Assembly: GCA_028534125.1 (NCBI GenBank)
Contig: CM052817.1
Location: forward strand, 39,682,001-39,746,000
Reading direction: 5' to 3'
Length of the DNA stretch: 64,000 nt
Source: Lama glama
Taxonomy: Eukaryota
Each line of letters opens with the position of its first letter. Positions within the stretch are counted from its first letter, which is position 1. Below are positions 51,699 to 61,220 of the stretch, piece by piece. A program made the position numbers and the translations under genes. Under the pieces are notes generated by a model. That model ran no database searches. It saw nothing but the letters and a program-made list of their open reading frames with translations, and was not told the origin of the DNA.

Positions 51699-52084
51699 TA
51701 TTATGGGCTTAACTGTATCCCCTCAAAATTCATATGTTGAAGTTCTAACCCTCAATACCTCAAAATATGACTGTATTTGGAGACAGTGATTAAAGATGTG
51801 ATTAAGGTCAAATGAGGTTATTAGGAGGGGCCCTAATCCAATGAAACTGGTATCCTTATAAGAAGAGGAGATTAGGACACAGAAAACAGAGATGCCCATG
51901 TGAGGGCACAGGGAGAAGAGGCCATCTCACGCCAAAGAGAGAGGCTTCAGAAGACACCAACCCTGCTAGCACCTTGGTCTTGAACTTCTAGCCTCCAGAA
52001 CTGTGCGAAAATTAATTTCTGTTGTCTAAGTTACTTAAGTCTACGGTATTTTGTTATGGCAGCCCTAATCTAGTAATTAACACA
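51699..52084 (+). mobile_element. MLT1B-like MaLR solo LTR
   Basis: aaaattcatatgttgaagt ... gggccctaatccaat ... ttctagcctccagaactgtg ... ttgttatggcagccc. 5-bp TSD ccatc/ccacc. Confidence 0.88.
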
Positions 52085-52344
52085 CCACCTGAAGCACCAC
52101 AGCAAGCATCCTCAGTCATGCATCAAACCAAAAGCACGCACCACCTGACAGGACGCCATGAAATGAGCACAGCAGGCCCCGCCTGGTCACTCCTGCAGAA
52201 GATGAGGAACTGGATCGAGTCATGACAAACCAGAGATCCATCCAAAATAAAGTATGTACTAAAGAATAACTGGCCTATAATTTTTCAAAATGGTCAAGGC
52301 CAGGAAAGTCAAGGAAGAATTAAGGAATGGTTGCAAATTTACAC

Positions 52345-53640
52345 ATTCATTTGGCAAACATTAATCAAGCTTACACTGGTGGTGGGGATGCATAAAACGA
52401 ACAAATACTTAATGTTTGGATGTAAGTGCTAATGGAAACGAACAGTAGGCTAAGGGCAGAGGGAGGGACACGTGCTGCTGTATTAGGCGGGGTGGCCAGT
52501 GAAGGCTTCCGAGGCGGGGGTAGTCAAGAAAACGAAGCAGGAGGGAAGCCTTGCACATATCTAGGAGAAGACCATTCTAAGGCCAAGTAACAAGTGCCAA
52601 GACCCTGACACAGGAATATTCTCGTTGATTTCAAATAAAAAGAAGAAAAGGCCAGAGTGTTAGGGGAGGCTGAGCAAGGGAAGGAGTGAGAGAAACCAGG
52701 CTGAAGGGCTGACCCGTGGCCAGCCTGTAGCAAGGCCTCAGAGGTCAGGGTAAGAATTTGGGATTTCATTCTCAGTGTGATGGGAAGTGACTGAAGGGTT
52801 CTGAAGGTGGAAGTGACATGATTCAGTTGTGATGCTAAGGACTGCACCAGCTGCAGTTAACCAAGTAGACTATTTTGGGGAGAAGAGCAAAGGCAGGGTG
52901 ATCCGCTGTGGCACAGGAAAAAGAATGTGGGACGTGAGGAGAGCTGTGTCCCAGGGTCTTGGCTAAGTGCAAGTCCTTGGCTTCGCACAGGAAAGAATTT
53001 AAGACCGAGCCACAGCTGAGTAAAAGTAGATTTATTCAGAGTGATACACACTCCATAGACAGAGTGCAGGCTGTTTCAGAAGCCAAGAGAAAGTACACAA
53101 GGTGCGGGGGTTAGGTGTTCAGTAGATACACACTCCACAGACAGAGTGTCGTCTGCCTCACTCAGAAGGGAGAGCGGCCAAGAGGTGTGGGGGTTGTTAG
53201 TTTTTGTGGGCTCGGTAACTTCCTATGCTAACAAGTGGGAGGATTATTCCAACTACTTTGGGGAAGGGGCCAGGATTCCCAGGAGTTGGGCCACCGCCCT
53301 CTTTGTGACCTTTTATGGCCAGCCTCAGAACTGTCATGGCGCCTGTGGGAGGGCCATTTAGCATGCTAATATATAACAATGAGCAAATAATGAAGCCCAA
53401 GGTCTACTGGAAATCAAATCTCCCACCATCTTGGGCCTCCTCAAGACCTGTTGACAGGTGAATTTTCAGCCACCTTGGTGTTAATTGCTGTGTTATTTCT
53501 TGAATGGCTGTGCCCTGCCCCCTTCCTTCCTGTCTCAGCTGGAAGATTCTCACTGTAGCCCAGGTGAGAGACGGTGATGGCTTGCGCTTGGGTAGTTAAC
53601 TTTGGAGAAAGAGTAAATGGCTTTAAAAATAGGAACTGGA
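52345..53640 (-). mobile_element. L2 LINE fragment, interrupted by a MER41-like LTR
   Basis: taagaatttgggatttcattctcagtgtgatgggaagt ... gtgacatgatt. It resumes after the LTR as gtagcccaggtgagagacggtgatggctt. Confidence 0.8.
52909..53537 (-). mobile_element. MER41-like ERV1 solo LTR
   Basis: Minus strand begins TGAGACAG and ends CA. Perfect 4-bp TSD gctg (52905-52908 and 53538-53541). AATAAA (plus-strand tttatt, 53031-53036). Shares ttagcatgcta...ccatgacagtt with the LTR at 20775. Confidence 0.85.
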
Positions 53641-55477
53641 AACAGTTTTTAGAGGCAAGCAATATAATAAACAATCCTCTTTTATTTCTGTTTTTATTTC
53701 TGTTTTTATTTTGTTTAGTTCGGGCGGTGAGGGGGAGGAATTTGGAGGGAGGTTCATGTACAGAAGGAGGAATCCATTCACCTGCCTTTTCCCTAATTTC
53801 ATCAGAGAGCACTTAAACTCATCCTCCACAGCTCGTTCAAATGTCCTCCCTTCCACAGCCCCTTCCATCCTCAACATCAAATCCATCTCTTCCGCAGAGT
53901 CTACAGTACTTTGCTTCTGGGCAAAAAAAAAAAAAAAAAAAGCCCTACCATTTCCTCTGTGGTTAGTGGTGTGTCTTCACTTTCAGACTCTAAGCTCCCG
54001 TGGTATAGATTCCTGTCTTGGGCAGCCCTGAGCCTCAGTACTAGCAGAGTCTGAATCATCATGTACATTTCATAAAATGTGTTAAGTATCTAAACACATT
54101 TTAATAGAAAAGCATTTTCCCAAGAGAGGTATTAAACCAAGGGATTTATTGGGTGAAGCTGAGTATCTCATTCGTCACTCCACCAGTGAACCAAGTTACT
54201 GCAGAACCTACTGGATAAGACGGGGTTTTGAAGTCATTCTTCTGCCCCATCCTGAGCAAAATTCTGGCTCTTCAGGAACAATATCAGAGCCTGCCTTGCC
54301 AACCGGCAGCACTGAAAATTCCTTCCAGTTAGGAAATTTGGAACTCTTTCACTTGTGCCTGATTTAGCAACAACCAGACGTCAGGGCTGCCTGTCTCAGA
54401 AGAGGGTCGCCGTAATAAGCAGGACTTCACCAAGGTCAAACTTCAGTCCATTCGGCAATGAGCACTGTCAGGTGTGCGTTCCACAGGAATTAGGCTCACC
54501 CCCTTTTCCCAGTCACAGACTCGATTCCACTTGAGCTGTAAGACGTGTATACTCTTGAAAACACTTTCAAAAGAATACTTAGGCATTCACTACCCAGGCT
54601 TATATGAAAAAATTAAAGATCAATCTGAATCCCTTGTGATGATACTGCCCAAACATGTTTCTTGATTTTTTTTTCCCATCTGCTTCAGTGGATTTCCAAA
54701 AGCCCAGAAACTTTGTCTTTGTCACTGCTGTGTCCCCAGACCCAGAACAGTAGACACACAGCAGACACCAAATATAGGTTAACTTTATAAAGCTAGAGGC
54801 ACAGTAATTTGAAAGCCTTCCCAAGAAAGCTTTGATTCTCAAGTTAATTTTTATAATTGGCAAGGATGCATCTTCAGTCAAGGGATACAATTTTCAAAGC
54901 TTCTCAAAAAAAAAATCACTTAATTTTAAAAGCAGTGAGTATCATATTTGACCTCAAGAGACTGACTCTTTGTTCCTACTCTTCTAGGCATCCCACTCCC
55001 AGCCATAGCTTGGAACTCAAAGGGATTCAAAATGTTTTAATTCACCAATGTAGAACATGTTCTATTTTCAAAGCTGTCCCGGGCATCTCTTCCATAGAGC
55101 CAAGAGGCCACCAAGTAGCCAGAATTGCTATATGCTTCCTGCAACAGCAGAGGGCACCATCACAGGGATTTTTTTTTTTTTTGAACCCCATGAAGAGCCA
55201 TCAAAGGGACCTCAGCCCGTGTAATATGGGCAAAGAATTTGCCAATCACTCAAAATGCAGAAAATACCACTGAACTTGCTTTCAGCTGCCTTCATACTGC
55301 TAGGTTATTGTATTCTCTAGGGATGCTAAAAATCTCATAGCTTTCCCAGTATTGGTCCATGTCTTCCTGTAAATGTCTTCATCTTATTCTTATTTCAGCA
55401 GAGAATTAAATTTGCAAATTCAGTTATAATTCTAAATAAAGAAGGGTTTTTGCTTTTTATATTAAAATAATGACTCA

Positions 55478-55600
55478 GGAGGGTAGGTATAGCCCAGTGG
55501 TAGAGTGCATGCTTAGCATTTATGAAGTCCTGAGTTCAATCCCCAGTACTTCCATTAAAATAAATAAATAAATAAATAAAATTTATTTATTATTTATATA
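55478..55600 (+). mobile_element. Vic-1-like SINE
   Basis: ggtatagcccagtggtagagtgcatgcttagcat ... gagttcaatccccagtacttcca followed by (taaa)n. Confidence 0.9.
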
Positions 55601-55739
55601 AAGAAACTAGTTTTTTAAGAAAGTTGTTGCTTTCTAGAACTTTTATTTCTACCAACATGTACCCATCCTCTTTTTTATATGATAAAAGAAAATTATTTTG
55701 AATGCTTCCATAAATGGGCAAGAGAGTTATGACTCCCCA

Positions 55740-58190
55740 AGCCAAAGGCTGAAAGAAGACAGGTTATCCCAGAGAGGTAAGCAGGGCAGAGAGGCCAGGT
55801 GTCTGCTTTCGCCTTGAGGGTGTTGGCTGAACCAAGCAAACTTGAGCAGTGATTTCCAGAGCTTTAAGGGCCTAACGGGCAACAGACAAGCTGAAGGCCG
55901 GCCCAATGTGGGAAGTCTAAAGAAACCCTTCCCTTGAAAGGTGGGATCCCAAAGGGCTACACCTTGTAAGTAAGAAGAAAGTAGAACTCACCCATCCCTT
56001 ACTCATGGATGCCAGCTGGGTAAATTATCTGCGTCAAACCTTAGTGCTACGTGAAAGGGAAAAATGATTTCCCCCTGAGGATTTAAAGTCACTTGGCAAT
56101 TAAAAGGAAAGAACTGCTTATCAACACAACACGGATGACTCTCAGAAACATTACGCTGAGAATTCAAAACCACCAGATGGCCCTCATTTGAGTAGGCTAA
56201 ATTCATACTATTTACACGGTTCAAAAATCCTCAAGCCAATAAGTTAGTTTAAAGTGGTCCCAGACTGATCGTGCCCTAGAACAAGGGAAGGCAAACTATT
56301 CCAGGTGAGGGGCCAGGGAAGTAAGTATTTTAGGCTTTGTGGGCCATTCACTGTTGCAACTATTCAACTCTGCTGTAGCAGAGAAGCAAACACAGGCAGT
56401 GTGTGAACAAACAAGTGTGGCTGTCTTCCAGTAAAATCTTACTGACAGCAACAGGCAGAGGGCAGGATTTAGCCTATGGGCTGTAATTTGCTAAGCCCTA
56501 AGCTAAAGGCTTGAAGGAAGATAAAATTCCAAAGATGACATCATCATGAAAATTCTGTAAACACACAAAGAAATAAATGACTCCATTCATGAGACGCCTC
56601 ACGGGGGAAAAAAAAAAAGAGTTAAACCCTCAAAAGATGTAAGATTTTGGAATAGTTGGAAAAACATATAAAATCAACAAGCATAAGATACTTCATAAAC
56701 TTATTGAAGAATACGCACATTTGAAAAAGAATCAAGTATAACCCATAGAAATGAGAAATATAGAAATTGAAATTATAGACTCAGTGAGCAGTCAATTAAG
56801 CAGAACTGAAGAATTAGAGAAATGGTACAACTGAAGATTGTCCAGAAAGAAGTCTAGCTCATGGCAAAGAAATGGAAAATATAAAAAGGAGATTAAGAGG
56901 CATGTGGGATAGACTGAGAAAGTCTAATATTTGTTTAATCAGATTTCTAAAAAGACAGGAGGGCAAAGACATTGTGTAAAGGGATATCTGAGAACTTTTG
57001 AAAATTGATGAAAAATACCAAACCACAGAGGAAAAGCCAACAAGTCACAGGCAAGATAAATATGAAGTGCTTAAATAACAGAAACAAAGAAATGCTCTTA
57101 AATACACTGTAGAAATATTACCTTCATACAAGAGATAATCAGGCCTAGTGGCTGATTTCTCAGTGACAACTCTGGAATGATGCTTAATGTGTTTAGAGAG
57201 ACATAACAATTGATCTGAACATAAACACCTACATCCAGCAAAAACTTTCAAGAATATGTACAAAATAAGTACACTTTCAGAAAAACACAAACTGAATGTG
57301 CCAGCAGCAGACTCTCAGTAAGGAAAGTGATCCCAGATGGAAGGAGAGATAAAAGAGGTGAGGAATGACAAAGTGGTGACCAGGTGGGTAAACACTGACT
57401 GTATAAAAGGGTAAGACTGATGATGGTGGCAGCAACGACTATGATAATCTGTGGGGTTATATAAGTAATTAAAATGCATAATATCATATAAATTAGCAGA
57501 AGGAATGAAAGACTGGAATTCAAGTTCTGGGTCCTTCTATTATTCAGGAGTATAAGGACAGTGGTCAGTTTTAGACTTTAATAAGTATGCAGGTTGAAAT
57601 TTATAAAGTAACCACAGAACAAATAGAAATAAGATCATTAACCTCCTTAAGGAGAGAAAATGGAAAAAGAAAAAGTAATAAATCCAGGAAGGCAAGAAGG
57701 ACAGATTTTAAAGATGGAAGAGAAAGCACAAAATAAGATAAAAAAAAATAAATCCAAATGTTATTACACTAACTGTAAATGTTGTTCTCATATCCTGTCG
57801 ATGGGTTGTGTAAAATGGGGCAAACTTTTTGGAAAGTTCGGCTGTTTCTGCTCTAACGCTGAAACGCTCCTACCCTGTCCTGGAGCAGTCCTAATTCCTA
57901 CTACACAAACAACTAGAGAAACACCTGAGCACGTCTGCTAAGAGACATATACAAGCATGTTTACAGTAAGTTAAAAAAAAGAAAAAAACCTATTGTCCAT
58001 TGACTGTAAATGGAATAACAGTTTGTGATTTTTTTCAGACCTTCCAGAATATACTATTTATCCTATTTATTGGCCTGGTAACAGGTACACAGGTATCTGT
58101 TTTTACCACTGCCCTAAAGTGTACCTGCACACTTTCATATATATTTGTGTGTGTTTTACAATTTCACAATAAATAAAAAGAAGACAAGTG
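55740..58190 (+). mobile_element. Highly decayed ancient L1/HAL1-type element (ORF1-like region followed by an L1ME-like 3' end)
   Basis: Purine/A-rich strand bias with ORF1-like segments (gaaatggaaaatataaaaggagattaagaggcatg...agactgagaaagtctaatat; gctgatttctcagtgacaac). An L1 3'-like segment lies at ~57800-58190 (tgtccattgactgtaaatggaataa). Confidence 0.5.
56282..56500 (+). mobile_element. MER58A (hAT-Charlie MITE)
   Basis: ggcaaactatt ... gtaagtattttaggctttgtgggcca ... gttgcaactattcaactctgc ... gtgtggctgtcttccagtaaaa ... ggatttagcctatgggctgtaatttgc. Confidence 0.88.
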
Positions 58191-59979
58191 AGAATCAGTT
58201 GTTAAAAAAGCTGAAAAGCCAATGAGTGCTAGAGCCCTAATTAGAAAATGTCTTTATGACTCTTTATCTCATCATCTTAACCATTACTCCAAAAAATAAC
58301 ATCAAATACCAGTCGTATCAATCCACTAGAAACCAGTGTTAAAAACACAAGAGCGAGCACATAGCTTTTGTCAAGTTCCTAATAGAGCCCCTAGATTTCA
58401 GTACAGATCCCAGATCCTAGCCTTCCCCCAGCCCTAACCCGGGCCTCCCATCACAATCTGCTCAGACCCAGCAGGAAGCAGGTTAGGACTGCAGTACCAC
58501 ATTTAAGAAAATACATTTTCTGAAACCACCACCAAGAGCAATTCTGGTCAAGAGGCAGCCCTCATGACCAGGGTACATGATCTGTAGTCCTAAGAAAACA
58601 ACAGCCCTTAGCATCTATTTCCAGATATCAAAAGAATGCCCAAGTGCAGCGTATGCACCGAGGGGATAACGGCAAACCACCAAGACAAAACTGAATAGGT
58701 CTTGGAAAGTCTGCTTATACAAGAAACTGCTGGAGAATGTTCTTTGCACCAGGCTGTGATCCGGGATCATTTCCCCTATGCTCTGAGTGTACTTGCTGAT
58801 TCAGACATGGCTGCTCATCCAATCCCAGGATATGCCAGGACATTTCAGAAACCCTTGGCGTTCCTGAAACCCAGTGTCTGTAAATATCACCAAGACAAAG
58901 AGGTGGGAAAAAAGACGCAACCTCAAGGCTCAATGAATGGATCTATGCAAGGGTTCAATGAAAGGTCTTACCTAATGGGATTTTTCTACCAAACCCTGCC
59001 TACCCTTGATATCCTAAGACAGTTACAGAAGACTCAAGGATACTAAGCTCTGGGCATGACACCTCTAAAGTGAGCACAAAACAATATTAGGGAAGGCAAG
59101 TCAAAAAAAGGCGCTTTAGGGAGCATAAGCTAAATCTGGGCAGTATTTGCTTTCTAGAAACGTTTTCAGTATCACAGTAATTCCTGAAATAACTTGAAAA
59201 CTAATCCTCTAAGTCAAGACCTACAAGACAAAGGTCCTGAGTGAAACAGCATTAGATTTTTCTAGTGAAAACATGCCAGCATTATTGCTTTCACAGCGCT
59301 CCTGAAAAGACATATTACCAGTGGCCAGACAAAACAGCTGTTAGTTGTTCTAATGGTTTTTCTGAGAACTGGCCTAATTAATAAAATGGATTTATCAATT
59401 CAAACTACACTGAATATGAGAAAGAAAAAGAAAAAGAAAATCTTCAGAGAGAAAACAAACAGGACAAAGAGTCACCCCAACACACTTCTTCGGATTTGCT
59501 GATTTTCAATCCAGTTCACCTCCAGGAGAGTTTTGGGGGAGCCCCCAAAAAAGGGAAAGATGGGGGTGAGGAGTGAGAAGAAAAGCACAGCTGACCGTTG
59601 AGGGTCCCCTGTTCGCAAATTTTCTTTTGGGATCGGTTCCATCTAGCTTGGTAAGAACACACACTGAGAGCACTGTAGCAAGCCCAGCGCCAGCCGAGAG
59701 AGCATCACCGGAGCTCACCTGCAAGATAACTCAATCTGTGACTCTGATCAACATGCAGTCCACCAGCCCAGAGTCCAGAACTAGGTTGACAAAAAAAAAA
59801 AAAAAAAAAACCCACAAACCAAAACCAGTGGTTCATGTTTCTCATTTCCTAGATATTCAAGTCCAATAAAACCTATGTCATGAAAATGGAAAACAAACGA
59901 TCCTTCTTTGTAATAAGAAAGAACAGAAATTACTCCAAATCAGAAGAGCAGACGTGTGGGGAAAATAATGCAACACATA

Positions 59980-61108
59980 TTTAGAAATATAGAATTGATT
60001 TGTATTCACCGTTAAGACAGTTTCACATTTTCGTACATGGTTACCCGGAGAGAGCACACCCGATGGCATTATATTGCTGTCAAACACTGCTTACGCTGCT
60101 GAGGCTGAAAACACATTTTCCCCTTTAAAAAATTTAAGGCTCAGGTTCCAAAAGGTAATTCGACCCCTTATTTTCCTGTTTAACAAACTAGGAGAGTTCT
60201 GAAATAAAGACCAAGAGGTGGACGGGGAGGGCCAGGGCCACACACTTCACTCACTCCTACTTGCGCTGAAGACACTCAGTGTGATCTGCTGTTGTTGTAA
60301 AAGGCTCCTCCTATTTGAAAATGTGTTGGTTACAAGGTCAAACAACCTAGTTAGTAGACGGGAGAGGCCTTTAAGTATGGGTCTTCAGCACACAAACAAG
60401 GAAAACTTTATCACCAGTTGCTGGCTAACGTGCTTATTTGCAAGTTGCCTACATAAAAATGTGCACACGCAGTAACGTGGACTCACTTTTCTTTGGTAAA
60501 GCTCACCAAATAGTATGTCTCTACCGACAAGCTAGTAAAAAATATGTACGTTTCCTTTTGACTTTCGGATCAAGTGGCCACAAAGCTGTCCTTTCTCTTA
60601 AAAACTGTCCCCATTTTTCTTTCCAACCTTGTGGTAAAACAAAACCATGACAGCAACCCTGAACTGACATGTAATCCCTGTTTAAGTGGTTGAAGGGAGG
60701 GGGGGAAAGGGCGTGAGAAAGCTAATTATGAACAAAAACTGGAGTACCTTTTCCGAGAATTACCCCATCAACGAGTTCCAGACACAACTCGTTCCAGAAG
60801 TGTTTTAGAAGCACTTTTTCTGCCCGTACAAATAGTTCACTCAATCCACAATGACACAATCGTCTTACTAAAGGCAGAATCTGTTAAACCCAGTAAACCA
60901 CCTTACAGTTCACGAGCTTGATGCTATAACAACAAAAGCCAAAAAGGGCACCTTTTTGTGGCTTCTGCCTCTGGCATAAAGAGGTAGAGACAATCATCCT
61001 TTAGAAAAGATTAACAATAAAAGAACGAAAACAGTGAAACAAAGCCCAAAAAACAACCCCTGCCACATTCGGTTTCTAAAGACTAGTTCTGGAAAGCCAG
61101 GGTGGCAT
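59980..61108 (-). other. GPAT3: GPAT3 3' UTR (3' end approximate)
   Basis: About 1.1 kb without recognisable repeats after the stop codon. Candidate variant poly(A) signal AATACA (plus-strand tgtatt, 60001-60006), with TGTA upstream and a GU/U-rich tract (tatgtgttgcattatttt) downstream on the minus strand. Confidence 0.6.
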
Positions 61109-61220
61109 TCAGTTCGATTCTGAGTTGAGAGATCCGTTGCCCACAATCATCTTGCTGTAATTCTTCTGCTGCTCTTCCTTAAAGGTGTCCTTCACCCTGG
61201 CTCTCTTCAGCCCTCCATCC
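61109..61220 (-). CDS. GPAT3: Last coding exon of glycerol-3-phosphate acyltransferase 3 (GPAT3/AGPAT9), encoding (W)DGGLKRARVKDTFKEEQQKNYSKMIVGNGSLNSESN*
   Basis: Hand translation of the minus strand; the exon is absent from the ORF track. The acceptor is tttgtctttctgttctcAG (AG at 61222-61221). The first exon base G completes a split TGG (Trp) codon, followed by 36 codons and TGA at 61111-61109. The peptide matches the recalled GPAT3 C-terminus (WDGGLKRAKVKDIFKEEQQKNYSKMIVGNGSLS). KNYSK and NGSL distinguish it from GPAT4 (KLYSKMIVGNHKDRSRS). Confidence 0.95.

Larger units (their letters stand above)
50500..52340 (+). mobile_element. L1MC4-like long 3' UTR, interrupted by MLT1B and (GATA)n
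   Basis: agcacccagatcttggcttc ... ttctccactgaaagaaaccagggctcc ... agatgagtctggaacatcttgt ... aagtttgatgaggaatggga. It resumes after 52084 (aataactggcct ... gtcaaggccaggaaagtcaagg). Confidence 0.7.

Noticed and set aside
20775..53537. The two MER41-like LTRs as ends of one provirus
   Set aside because: They have opposite orientations, different TSDs and diverged sequences, lie 32 kb apart, and enclose no gag/pol/env.
61109..61220. GPAT4 or a processed GPAT3 pseudogene
   Set aside because: The residues match GPAT3 rather than GPAT4, and similarity stops at a canonical splice acceptor, indicating the intron-containing gene.
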